Shown one piece after another: positions 1 through 12,815 of a stretch of 64,000 nt of DNA. Both the position numbers and the translations under genes were made by a program. This DNA comes from Octopus sinensis (taxonomy: Eukaryota). The number at the start of each line of letters is the position of its first letter. The stretch's first letter is position 1. Below the pieces are notes generated by a model. The model saw nothing but the letters and a program-made list of their open reading frames with translations. It was not told the origin of the DNA and searched no databases. The DNA is taken from contig NC_042997.1 in the NCBI RefSeq assembly GCF_006345805.1, positions 98,518,001 to 98,582,000 on the forward strand, in the 5' to 3' direction.

Positions 1-180
1 CATACAGACTCACATGTGCATATAAACATAAATACCTTCATATACGGATAGGCATATGCGTACATGCATATTTTCATATTTATACAAACATAAATATATC
101 ATCATTATTATTATCATTATTATTATTACGGAGATGTACTCGCATAGCAAGAGATTTGATCTGAGATCGTGTGCTAGAAC

Positions 181-471
181 GAAAACAATTGCAGCGTGGA
201 AGGTGTTTGTGAGCCATTTAAGAAACACACAAAAGCCGTTCGATTCATTTCAACATTTAAGTTTAATTTGTCAAAATATTTTCGTCACTAAAATCTGCGA
301 CCTGTTCACTGACAAAAATCCGTGCAGCACGGATTTTTGTCAGTGAACAGGTCGCGGATTTTAGTGACGAAAATATTTTGACAAATTAAACTTAAATGTT
401 GAAATGAATCGAACGGCTTTTGGGTGTTTCTTAAATGGCTCACAAACACCTTCCACGCTGCAATTGTTTTC
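181..471. repeat. Near-perfect 291-bp palindrome (145-bp arms, 1-nt spacer at 326) built from a dispersed repeat
   Basis: 181-325 is the reverse complement of 327-471 with 2 mismatches seen; centre ccgtgc-a-gcacgg. A diverged single arm occurs at 28860-29006. Confidence 0.95.
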
Positions 472-519
472 ATTATTATTAATATATATATGATAATAAC
501 ACACTCACATACATACACA

Positions 520-564
<45 letters not shown>

Positions 565-565
<1 letters not shown>

Positions 566-834
566 ATAATAAATATTATTATATTATATATAATATATTA
601 TAAATCCAAATTTACAGGGAAAAATCAGATTTAGGATTGAATCCAATTTTATAGTAAAATATTATATTATATTAATTAGAGACAAAACCACTATTATGCA
701 AATCGAACAGAGAAAGACTTAAGCCAATACATAAAATTTTTTATATAAATTAAATATAATTAAAATAACCACTACGATCGTTTCGTGTCAGCACTTCTGT
801 TTGATTTGCATAATAGTGGTTTTGTCTCTAATTA

Positions 835-840
<6 letters not shown>
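565..840 (-). mobile_element. (TA)n-flanked fold-back element with the 3' half of a hammerhead-like motif (Penelope pLTR/retrozyme-like fragment)
   Basis: Inverted repeat 667-711/796-840. The minus strand at ~768-791 reads ctgacac-GAAA-CGATCG-TA-gtggt, with palindromic stem III acgatcgt. Both ends run into TA-rich tracts. Confidence 0.6.
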
Positions 841-1839
<999 letters not shown>

Positions 1840-1879
1840 GTATATATATTCATATAAGTGAGAACTTCGCATATGGGCA

Positions 1880-2668
1880 GCACCCGCAAAATTGAAAAAG
1901 CACTGACATCTCATTTTAGTAGATATATTTAGCAAAATTACATACAGATACCTTGAAATGCTAAAAAGTAAATTAATTCAATAAAATCGCCATTGGCTTC
2001 AACCACGGCCTCCAGACGACTTCAGAATCTCCTGCAACTCTTCTGGACGGTCTCCTTGCTTAAGTTGGTTAATGCTGCCATACTCCTTGCTTTCAATTCA
2101 TCCTTGGTGTTACAAGGCGTCTTGTTGGTCTCTCGCTCAACTGTACCCCACACATAATAATCAAGGGGGTTGCAGTCTAGGGAGTTAAGTGGCCAGATGT
2201 TAGGTTTGGTGTGGTCGCAGAAATTGTCTAACAGCTATAACTGGGTGTTCCTGCTTATGTGGCATGGTGCAGAGTCCTGTGGCCAGACATAGGATCTTCC
2301 AGCAGCCAATCTCTTGGCCAAGGCAGCACTACCTCATCCAAGTACTTGATATAGGCCATGTATTGAGTAAGAGGCTGTGTGGGAATATGAATGGAGGCAC
2401 AACCTCACTATCACAAGTGATCACTCCAAACACCTTGATGTTGACTGGATGATTACAATTTAACACACTCGGTACAAGTCATCAGATTGCACTGTCCTCA
2501 GATTGACATCCAAACACTCTGAAATGTTCTCATTGGAGCTTCCAGCGTAAATGCGAATCAGTACAGCATATCGCTTCCAAATTTCTGGCAGTTGACAAAT
2601 CAAAACCAAACAATGCGTATGCGCCAAATTAAAAATAGGAAATGGCGTGTTTTAACCATCGTACCCTG
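1880..2668 (-). mobile_element. Internally deleted DD37D (maT-type) Tc1/mariner relic
   Basis: Minus-strand translation QDSAPCH..IWPLNSLDCNPLDYYVWGTVERE..RLEAVVEANGDFIE*, with 37 residues between the last two Asp. TA|CAGGGT terminus at 2668-2670. Stops present. Confidence 0.85.
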
Positions 2669-2701
2669 TATGTATATATGGATACCCAAACACATAGAAA
2701 G

Positions 2702-2752
2702 AGATAGATAGATAGATAGATGATAGATAGATAGATGATAGATAGATAGATT

Positions 2753-2795
<43 letters not shown>

Positions 2796-2803
2796 GGATA
2801 GAC

Positions 2804-2843
<40 letters not shown>

Positions 2844-2860
2844 GGATAGATAGATAGATA
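2702..2860. repeat. (TAGA)n microsatellite
   Basis: Direct reading. Confidence 0.97.
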
Positions 2861-3076
2861 TTGGCGTGTATGTGGATGTGCACGCGTATATGTATACATA
2901 AAAAGAGAGAGGCACTGACATAAAGTGGTGTGTCTTTAGGCGAAGTAATTAATGCATGAATTGAATGCGCACAATATGTCTTGAGAATAAATGTAATAGA
3001 TCGGAAAAGGAGAAAAACGAACATTATAATGCGAACACAGGCACACACACAAGTGCATACGTAATATGTGCGTATT

Positions 3077-3159
<83 letters not shown>

Positions 3160-4657
3160 TATCATATATAAATACATGTGCACACACATATGCACGCATG
3201 TTTATATGTGTGTACATTTGTATACACACACACACACATTCAAAAACAAATGTATGTATGCATGTATGTATATATGTACGTAGGTTTGAGAATATGATTT
3301 AATGAAAAATAGAAAAGGAAAACGCATGGAATAATTCAATAAAGACCTTTGGCTTTGTTTTATATAATTAAACTAAGTAGGATCTTGGCGAGTGAATTAT
3401 ACTTTGAAATTGATTTTGTTTATTATTGAACTCGCTAAATTTTTACCAATGCAGAATAAATATATAAAAAAACTGTTTCATCTATAATAATCTAATGAAT
3501 GTAAAGAGAAATATTTTGCCTCTAAGCTATCCAAACAAATTTTTACAATTACTGTATTTCCTTTACATTTTCATTTAAAATGAACTCATTTAACTCTTAT
3601 CAACTTAATATGCTACGAACGCACGATAATACATATTATAAGCATTATGGTAGAAATAATAGTAGTTGTTATTATTTTTCCATTGCTTAGTATTGATATA
3701 ATAACTGATTTATTTCTACTTGCTCACTTAAATTTTTAGACCATCTTTTGCCTAGTGACATGTCTTCTATAAAGGTCTTCCATATACGACTTGTCTTCAA
3801 TAAGGCACGTCTTCTATACATTCGTGTTGAACAACAGATGGAGGCGACCCTCCTATTTCACAAAATGTAGCAAAGAGCATGATAGGCTTTATTTGGTGAG
3901 AAAAGATAATGGAAATTCATTCTTAAATGCACACTCAATAAATAAATAATCGATTATTCTATGAACATTGATATTACCGATTAATAAAATATTGATGAAG
4001 CTGTTAGTATCAGCAAAGGTAACAACATTTTCACACACAGCTAACTGAAAACTTACAAAATTATTCTTGAGAGATCCCCACGGGTTGTCTGTGTTGGGAA
4101 GCATAACAGAAAGGCTGGACGTTACTAAACTCCTAGACAAGATGGCAATCTGCGGGACTTACATGAAGCAAGAGAATTTCTGCTTTCCTGAGATATTTAT
4201 TGAAGAGAAACGAGGTTGCAAAAAAGTGACTCACATATTTGTACATATTGAAAAATGGTTGTGTGGTGGCATTTCATTTACCCTTCAAAAGCAACTAGAG
4301 AAGGCCTTGTTCAGCGTTTGTGGGAAGGTACCCTCCCTACATGACTTATGGTTGTGTCTTCCTGATGTTTAGGATCAAGTATATGACAAGGAGACAGATG
4401 TCAATTATAAGGTGCATTTGAGCCCCTACACTTGGTTCAGAGAAGTAAATGGGTGAAGCTTGTGGACATCTGTCATGAAAGTTGACTCTTGATTAGTTGT
4501 TACTTTCCTTTTGCAGCATGACAAAATGCTCAATGCATATGTAACAAGAAGAGATTTGTGGTCTTGAGCGGTTGGGATAGGCTTACAAGATCTATTGACC
4601 CTTGAAGATCAGAGAGCTATTCCAGAACTGGACAATTGAGTGCAGCTATTCACTTAT

Positions 4658-4772
4658 ATGTATGTACATATGTATGTATGAATGTATGTATGTATGTATG
4701 AATGTATGTATGAATGTATGTATGTATGTATGTATGTATGTATGTATTTATGTATGTATGTATGTATGTATG

Positions 4773-4803
<31 letters not shown>

Positions 4804-4825
4804 TTATGTATGTATGTATATATAT
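4658..4825. repeat. (TATG)n microsatellite
   Basis: Direct reading. Confidence 0.95.
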
Positions 4826-5101
4826 ATATGAAGTATATTTGCCATCTAAATATGGCTAACCACTAAGGGTGGATGCTACTGTAGCTTGTAGCCCCAGGAG
4901 AACATCTTCTCCAGCTGGCTATTGACACACTTTCTGTGCCCTATCGGTATTTGCAGAAATTGTGTCAATAGATAGCTGGAGAAGATGTTCCCCTGGGGCT
5001 ACAAGCTACAGTAACATCCACCCTTAGTGATTAGCCATATTTAGATGGCAAATATACTTCATATTGTCGTACAGTTACTGTCTATACCTCGTTCAGAGAT
5101 T

Positions 5102-5108
<7 letters not shown>
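4826..5108. repeat. (TA)n-flanked fold-back element, 104-bp arms
   Basis: 4826-4929 is the reverse complement of 4961-5064 with a few mismatches; 31-nt loop. The right arm extends to ~5108, then (TA)n. Confidence 0.9.
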
Positions 5109-5150
<42 letters not shown>

Positions 5151-5434
5151 AATATTTATTATTGTTAAATGTTCAAGCTAACGGCTATCTATGTCGAAGC
5201 TTCTGGAAAACTTAGATTTTTAAAACAGAATATTGTCCACGGATGAACTACCCTACATTAACTGTCTCGCTATTGGAGATTCTATTTATTTTTTAAATAT
5301 TTATTTTTCTCATTTGTATTTATATATCAATTGCTACATCCTTTAATGTTCTAATGTCTCCCTTTAATCGATGTAAAACCCCATTTGTTTTGTGTTTTGT
5401 ATATATAAAAGGATAATGCTTTGTGGAGATATAA

Positions 5435-5483
<49 letters not shown>

Positions 5484-5500
5484 TAATAATAATAATCATT
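5435..5500. repeat. (TAA)n microsatellite
   Basis: Direct reading. Confidence 0.95.
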
Positions 5501-5502
5501 AT

Positions 5503-5720
5503 TATTTCTCTTTATCACAGGTTTTGTTGGAGCTCCTGGAGTCTTGCATGTGTTGTGGGGTGGTTACTTGCAGCCTAGGTACCATGCCATTGGTTCTTTT
5601 CAGCAAATACTTTTCTGATTATTCTGGCCGTTTTTTATCATTTTCTGGAATAGCCTGAGGACCGAATCCATCTTTTCGGTTTCAACTTTGAGCTTGTATT
5701 GATGAATGTACCTTAGGTTG
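5503..5720 (-). mobile_element. 3' end of an R4/Dong-like non-LTR retrotransposon
   Basis: Minus strand KTARIIRKVFAE resembles the conserved Dong C-terminus. The 3' UTR ends in aataat next to (TAA)n. Confidence 0.55.
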
Positions 5721-5739
5721 TATTATTATCATTATTATC

Positions 5740-8700
5740 GTATGTTTGACTTTTGCTTTGTATTTCTACAAGTTGACTCCAAGTCTCACCCAGATGCCTC
5801 AAGAAACAAGTTAGAAGTTCAAGTTGGTAATATGCCTAGCGTGTCATATATTTGGTTTGGAACATAGCGTTATTCTAAACAATGTTTAAGAAAACATCAG
5901 AAAATTATGAGTTTGTTATAAAATTTGAGATTACATAGACAGTATTTTACATAGGATATTGATAGTTCCTATGAGCATATCTTTTTAATTTATGCCATTT
6001 TGGGGTTTCCTGGTATCTGAGCTAGGTAGGAATCAGCCCCATTTTCTATCATTCCTAGGGCACCTATGAAAACAGGTATTGTTTTAGTCTTGAGGTTCTA
6101 CATTTTGCCAGTTTCAATTTCAAGATTTTTATACTTGCTCAGTTTTTGGTAGGTCTTAACAGATACATTTATGTCGATTGGGACAATTACATCAAATATG
6201 AGGCATGATTTACAGCTTTCAATATAATGTTTGGCCTATTCGCGTCTATCTTTTTCTCAGTTTGAACGGTGAAGTTTCAGAGGAGTGAGGTGTGTTTCAT
6301 TTTCGAGCACTGGAGGTAGCTTGTGTTCTCACAAGTTTTAATCATGGGGCAGGTCCAGGCTTTTGCAAGTTATCCAGTGAATATCATATGCTGCTCTATC
6401 ATGCCTGTTGAGATAGTCTGTAGGCGCTAGAAGACTGCACATGGAGACAACATGACCAATGGTTTCATTTTGTTGTTTACATACACGACATGTTGAGTTA
6501 CTGCCATTATTTAATATGTTGACCTGGTAGCTCCTTGTAGGTAGACATTGATCTTGGGCTGCTATGATGAACCGTTCTATTCCTGATTTTAAGCCAGAAG
6601 ACACTAACCACTGCCAGATAAGGGCTTTGTCAACATTGGCATTATTAGCTCCCTTGGGTATTTGCCATTGAGAGATTTTTCTTGCCATTTATCAATAAGA
6701 ATATCTAAGGCAGCACTTTTAGCAAGGGTTTTCATTCGTTTAGCTTTTTCTTTGCTTGTTTCCAGTACGTCTAAGGATTTGTTGTACTTGGAATTCACTT
6801 AGATATTCCATTGCCTGTTTTGTTACTGAGTATGATGCTATCTTGATTTCATGCTTTGAGGCAAGTTTTAACATTCAGTCATCAGAGTTATTCAGGTAGG
6901 TGTTGCGACCAATTGTGGCAATCCTCATTATTAGTTCCAGATGTAAAAATCCACGTCCACCCTCTTTTTTGGCTGGTAAAATCGTTCTATATCTGCTTTT
7001 GGGTGGTGCATTCTATTCACTGTCAACAATCTTCGTATTTTCCTGTCAAGATTACATATTTCATTAATTGACCAGTTAATGATATTGAAACTGTAAGTTA
7101 CGACCGATATGGCTAAATTATTTATCGCTTCTATCCTGTTTCTTGCATTCAGCTCTGTCTTGACTATTGCCCTTACACTGCGATAACATTCTCTTCTGAT
7201 CCTTTCCTTCATAATTGAATGTTTGATTCCATCATCTTCAAATACTCCTAGGTATTTGTAGCTCTCCGCTAGTTCTAACTCCTTTAAGACAGTCTGCTGG
7301 TCAAGATTGACGCTAAATGTTTCTATCATCTTTCCTTTGATAAAGGTAGCTTTTGCACATTTATCGAGGGCAAATTGCATCCTGATGTCATCACCGACTT
7401 GTTTCACAATTGATAGTAAGCCCTTTTTTTGTTGGTCATTTTTTGCAAAAAGCTTTAAATCATTCATGTAAAAGAAATGATTTATATTTTTATCAAACTT
7501 TTTATAGCCATATCGTACATCATCGAGTTATTTCGAGAGAGGTATTAAGGCTAGACAAAAGAGAAGTAGTAATAGAAAGTCCCCCTGGAAAATGCCACAT
7601 GAAATACTTACATCTCCAGCATTGTCACTGTTCATACTTACAGACAAGAAGTTTCGCAGAGTAGGTGCTATTTAATACATATCCAGATATTTCTTAATCC
7701 AGCTATGTGGTAGAATATCAAAAGCTTTTTTATAATCTATCCAGTCTATCGAAAAGTTTTGTGTTGTTTGTGATAATCTTTCAAGATCATCTTCTTGATG
7801 AGTAGCTGATCATTACAACCATAGGACCCACGTTTACATCCATTTTGCTCATTAGAGAATGTGCCTATCTTTATTAAATAACTATAGGTATATTCAAGCA
7901 AGATAGATGTTAGTATTTTATCCATAGTTGTTAAGCAGGTTATAGGTCTATAATTTTTCAGTTCATTTGTTTCTTCATGTTTTGGAAGTGGGAATGTTAC
8001 ACCATTAACTAGCCACGGAGGAATTATACTAAGTTGTTGCAAAACATTGATGTAAAGATTTGTTAGCAGTTCATGAATCCCTGGGAAGTCATTCAGCCAG
8101 AAGTTAGGAATTTTATCATTTTCCTGGAGACTTCCATTTGCTTGACTTCCCGAGGGCAGATCTTATAACTTCTACCTTGACACCCTCCCACTTTTGCTCC
8201 TCTAAGGAGTCCAAGTCTGTAGATATTCTATCAATCCAAGGGGTCTCTTCATCGTGTGTTTTTTCTTCTACCCAAATTTTATTCCAAAATTTCTTCATTT
8301 CTTTTGATGGGACAGACTTTACTGTAACTGATATTTTCCCTATCTTCCACTAAAAGTTTTTGGGTTTACTTTTTAACTTGTTGTCCTTGAAGAATCTAAC
8401 ACGCTTTTCATATGTTGCACATAGCAAAAGCAGCTTTAGCACGTAACTTTTGCTTGATAGTTTCTATGGTGGTATCGATGCCAAGTATGGTTTTCATATA
8501 TTCTTTCTTTAATTCTTGGATTTTTGTTGGTTTGATAGTCTTGTCAAACTTGAGGTATTGTAAACATTCTATGTCAGACTTAAGTAGCTGAATTTGGTAT
8601 CGAATACTTTCTTGCATTTTTGCGGGAATGTTGTTTTCTAATCTTTTCACCGCATAGAATCGTTGAGATTTTCGAGGATAATTAGTAGAGGTAGTTGATT

Positions 8701-8811
8701 TTTGTCTGAAGTCTTTCAATATAATGAATGGCCTATTTGCATCTATCTTTCTGCCAGTTTGAAGGGTGAAGTTTCAGAGGAGTGAGATGTGATCATTTTC
8801 AAGCACAGGAG
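5740..8811 (-). mobile_element. Degenerate R4/Dong-clade non-LTR retrotransposon (RT + CCHC + restriction-like endonuclease), 5'-truncated
   Basis: Fragments KSSKWKSPG, NYRPITCL..EQNGCKRGSYGCNDQLLI, GIFQGD (~7581-7600), FYMNDLKLF (~7445-7475, YMDD-like), AAQDQ..CRVC..ETIGHVVSMC..RHD, NRPNII, KYKNLEIE, IPVFIGALG. Stop at ~5931. Many stops and frameshifts. Confidence 0.92.
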
Positions 8812-9115
8812 AATATAATCAAATTTATACAAAACTGTTTGATTAAATCTTCTTTTTCTCTTTTTTCTTTCTTTTTTCTGCCGTCTTCTTTTCACTTTTT
8901 TTTTTCCTATCTGTTTAATTTCGCCTGTTATAAAATTGAAACTTAAAGATTTATGATGTCATTCCATCAGCGTGTGAACGCTGGTTACTCTCGTTCATAC
9001 TTTACGTCTAAATTTCTATAATTTTGAATTTTTATCACTTCTTATTTTGAACTTGACAATATCGTTCAACCAATAAAATATCTATTACAATCGAATCGTG
9101 CTCTTCGTCTTGACG

Positions 9116-9116
<1 letters not shown>

Positions 9117-9175
<59 letters not shown>
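9117..9175. repeat. (TTA)n microsatellite
   Basis: Direct reading. Confidence 0.95.
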
Positions 9176-9177
<2 letters not shown>

Positions 9178-9594
9178 TTTCCACTGATTTCTGGTGAGCT
9201 TTCGATTGAAACACCGGATTTATTCTGGTATTTTATGGATGTGTATACCACTATCTTTGGCTGGGAAACTACTGTTAATATACTGAGTAATGTCAGTTTT
9301 TAATCATTATGCTACTACTTTTAACATCACTCTTCTATGTTATATTTCCTCGTTATGCGATAAAGGTTTGGATTATTCTTTATACGTTTTTTATATAAGC
9401 AGCAATGTGTCAGGCGACTGGTAGGACGTGTTATTTAAAACTTTGTTACTTCTGTGCACAGAAGGGTTATAATTGGAATTCTCTAGATTTGTTTGCAGTA
9501 GGTCCATTTTTTTTGTACATGTTCTATTTCTGTATAGCTATTTCAGTTGTTGGTACTGCTTCTAATAAATGTTCCAGTATTTGATTTATTATTA

Positions 9595-9838
9595 TTGCAT
9601 TTGCACAGGTTCTAACGCTGGAGATGTACTGCGGTGTAACTTAGGTTACACCTCTTATTTTTCGAGCATCTTTTCGAGTATTCGGGTGGTTCGAAACAGT
9701 GCAGTTTTTTGCAAGTGCTCCACCCTTGCAGCCCCTATTTGTTCCACGTACTTCTCGAGATTTTTGCTCACTGTTCCCAGGGCTCCGAAAATTATTGGTA
9801 CTGCTGCTATTTTTTCATCGACCACAACTGCTTAACTT
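9595..9838 (-). mobile_element. 3' end of a different R4/Dong-like family
   Basis: Minus strand KQLWSMKK..VPIIFGALGTVSKNLEKY..EHLQKTALFRTTRILEKMLEK*. Confidence 0.8.
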
Positions 9839-9851
9839 ATTATTATTATTC

Positions 9852-10158
9852 TATGTTTGACTTTTGCTTTATATTTGTACAGGTTGGCTCCAAGTCTCAC
9901 CCAGAGACCTCAAGAGACAACAGGTTGGAAGTTCACGTTGTTGTTATGCCTAGTGTGCCATATATTTGGTTTTTTTTTGGTGTTGTACAAGTGAATGTCT
10001 AATAAATAATTTTTTTTTAAATGTTTTAAACCTTGAGATTACACAGAAAGTATTTTGCGTAGGATATGAGCAGTTCCCATGAGCACTATCTTTTGAATTT
10101 CTACCATTTTGGGGTTTCCTGGTATCTGAGTTAGGTAGCAATCAGCCCCTTTCGCTAA

Positions 10159-10160
<2 letters not shown>
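9852..10160 (-). mobile_element. 5'-truncated ~310-bp copy of the 5740-8811 Dong family (C-terminus + 3' UTR)
   Basis: tatgtttgacttttgcttt..ccaagtctcacccaga..ggggtttcctggtatctgag matches 5741-6040. Bounded by (TTA)n. Confidence 0.9.
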
Positions 10161-10228
<68 letters not shown>

Positions 10229-10229
10229 T

Positions 10230-10750
10230 AATATTTGGTAGTTTCAGGTAAATTTCTACTGCATAATCTGCTACACTTCCGTGTGGCTGGGGTGTGCGCA
10301 GCATTGTGTGCACATTTTTGTTGTTGGGGAGTGCAAACTCTTCTCGGTATAGTATTGCGTCTGTTTCTTTTCTTATGGGTGCTGGTGTAATTTTTTTTTC
10401 TTCTATTAGTGTTTGTATTGTGTGTTGTGTGTGTAATGCGAGTTGTGTTCTTCTGTTTGGTGGTGATCGTCTATTTTATTGGATATTTGCTAGATCGAGT
10501 GTGTCTTGTGTTTCTAGCAAAGCTATTTTTGCTATATTTTGCAGTGTTGAGGGTTCAAGAATAGCTCCTACATTTTTGTTCATGCATATTGTTTTCAGCA
10601 TGCCCAAAGATCCAATTATTACTGGTAATGTTTTCACCTTCATGTCCCACATCTTGAATTCTTGAACTCCGAGGTCTTTGTACTTTAACAATTTCTCCAC
10701 TGCATTTAGGGCAATATTTTGGTCAGAAGTGAATGCAATATTTGTCTGTA
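10230..10750 (-). mobile_element. 3' end of another R4/Dong-like family (endonuclease C-terminus + 3' UTR)
   Basis: ORF 10476-10802: DQNIALNAVEKLLKYKDL..MWDMKVKTLPVIIGSLGML. Abuts (TTA)n at 10160-10228. Confidence 0.8.
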
Positions 10751-10754
10751 AGCA

Positions 10755-10893
10755 TGTGAGGGCATACTCTGCTCTCATGTCAATTCCAATTTTTGCTCTC
10801 ATATTTCTTGAAACTGGTTGTTAGTGCTCCGAGTGCCCCTACAACTACTGGGATTAGAGTTACTCTCCTCATTCATCACATTCCTGCAGTTTC
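10755..10893 (-). mobile_element. Further R4/Dong-like endonuclease C-terminal fragment
   Basis: Minus strand MRRVTLIPVVVGALGALTT. Confidence 0.7.
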
Positions 10894-10931
10894 GTTATTA
10901 TTATCTATTATTATTATAAAAGATATAAAAG

Positions 10932-10933
<2 letters not shown>

Positions 10934-10980
<47 letters not shown>

Positions 10981-11056
10981 TATTATCATCATCATTATTA
11001 TTATTATTATTATTATTACCATCACCAACATCACCATAATCATCATCATCATCATC

Positions 11057-11111
<55 letters not shown>

Positions 11112-11135
11112 ACAACAACAACATCATCATCATTA
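10934..11135. repeat. (CAT)n/(TAT)n compound microsatellite
   Basis: Direct reading; source of the poly-I and poly-M ORFs. Confidence 0.95.
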
Positions 11136-12186
11136 TCTGAAAATCCTCGTGAAGTGGTGATGTTATACGAGAGAAAGAGTTTCGAAATATTAATTCTACA
11201 TAGATTTTCATATTTGTCTTTGCTCTTTGCTCTTTGGTTATAATATCTGAGATGTTCGCTTTGATCGTTTTACATAATTTTGAAGCTAAAAGCAAAAGAG
11301 CAAAGAAAGCAAATACCACTCCCGAGTTTCAAAACAACCATTGCTAAAATATTTCTGTTTTCGTATGTATCATGTAAGCCGCCGTACAGCTGAGACAGGG
11401 CAGAGTTTTGCTTTACTATTGAGGCTTACATTATTCATTGCTAATAAATGTTTGAAAGCAATGAATGAATGTCACTGTCACAGCCTTATTTTTTTCCTTT
11501 AAAATTTGCAACCTTACACAGAAGCATGAAATTAATAAGAAATTCAATATTAATCTTTTTATATTGATATAAAAGCACTTAAAGAAGATAACTCTTTGAT
11601 ATGACCGTTCCATTTGGAAAATACTTTTTAGTTCCAATACAGTTATATTACGAAGTTTTTAAATGTAATTTTCTTCTGTATTTTTCCCCACCTGAAAGCA
11701 ACAAGAAAGGAATTCCTACGTGAGTTTTCGACAATTTTGGTGTTGTTATGATCCGCAGAGCGTAAGAATAATCGCACATGTACAGTGAAACTGCATACAA
11801 ATTAAAACAAACATAAAAGTCACTGGTCGAAGTATCAATAAAACGTTAGCATCATATTGATCTTTGGATCAATAGTTAAGTACACATATGTGTGCTTATT
11901 TACAAAATCTTATATTTAAGCATTCTATGCAGGCATTTCTATTTATTCTCCAACCCGCCTTTACACTAACTCCCCTTTCTCATAGGTTGCCTTTCCATTC
12001 ACTCCGTCTGCCATTCTCTTCCACACTGTTTCAGGCCCTCACACTTAAGTGTACACACATGTACACACACACACGCGAACACACGCACACACGCACACAC
12101 ATACGCACACACACACACACGCGCGCACACATATAATTCCACACATTTACAAATTCTGTATATTATTGTCTATGTGTGTGCATATT

Positions 12187-12378
<192 letters not shown>

Positions 12379-12443
12379 CCTTCATATATTTATTCAAACT
12401 TGCACGTATACATACAAATACACTGGTACATGTACGTACGTAC

Positions 12444-12487
<44 letters not shown>

Positions 12488-12500
12488 GTGCTATATTGAA

Positions 12501-12815
12501 GGCGCCTGGATTAGTGGTTAGGGCATTCGGCTCATGATTGTAAGGTCGTGAGTTCAATTCCCGGCGACGCATTATGTCCTTGAGCAAGGCACTTTATTTC
12601 ACGTTGCTCCAGTCCACTCATCTGACAAAAATGTATTTCATAGGGTCGACATTCTCACATTCTGTGTCACGCTGAATCTCCCTGAGAACTACGTTAGGGG
12701 TACGCGTGTCTGTGGATTGCTCAGTCACTTGCACGCTAATCAATTTCACGAGCAAGCTGTTCTGTTTATCGTATCAGCTGGGTCCCTCGTCGTCGTAACC
12801 GACGGAGTGCTCCTT
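12501..12815 (+). mobile_element. tRNA-derived SINE (family A)
   Basis: A-box-like tagtggttagggc, B-box gagttcaattccc, then gtccttgagcaaggcact. A homologous copy lies at 52289-52605. Confidence 0.88.

Noticed and set aside
56-548. Two opposite-strand ORFs encoding nearly the same peptide (KTIAAWKVFVSHLRNTQ..)
   Set aside because: A trivial consequence of the 181-471 palindrome; the same applies to ORFs 45604-46038 and 45629-46063.
3810-4655. Possible LINE 5' relic next to (TATG)n
   Set aside because: No diagnostic protein motif recognised; left unannotated.
12501-12575. tRNA genes at SINE heads (also 22391, 27889, 36933, 52289)
   Set aside because: A/B boxes are present but there is no complete cloverleaf, and each continues into a repeated SINE body.
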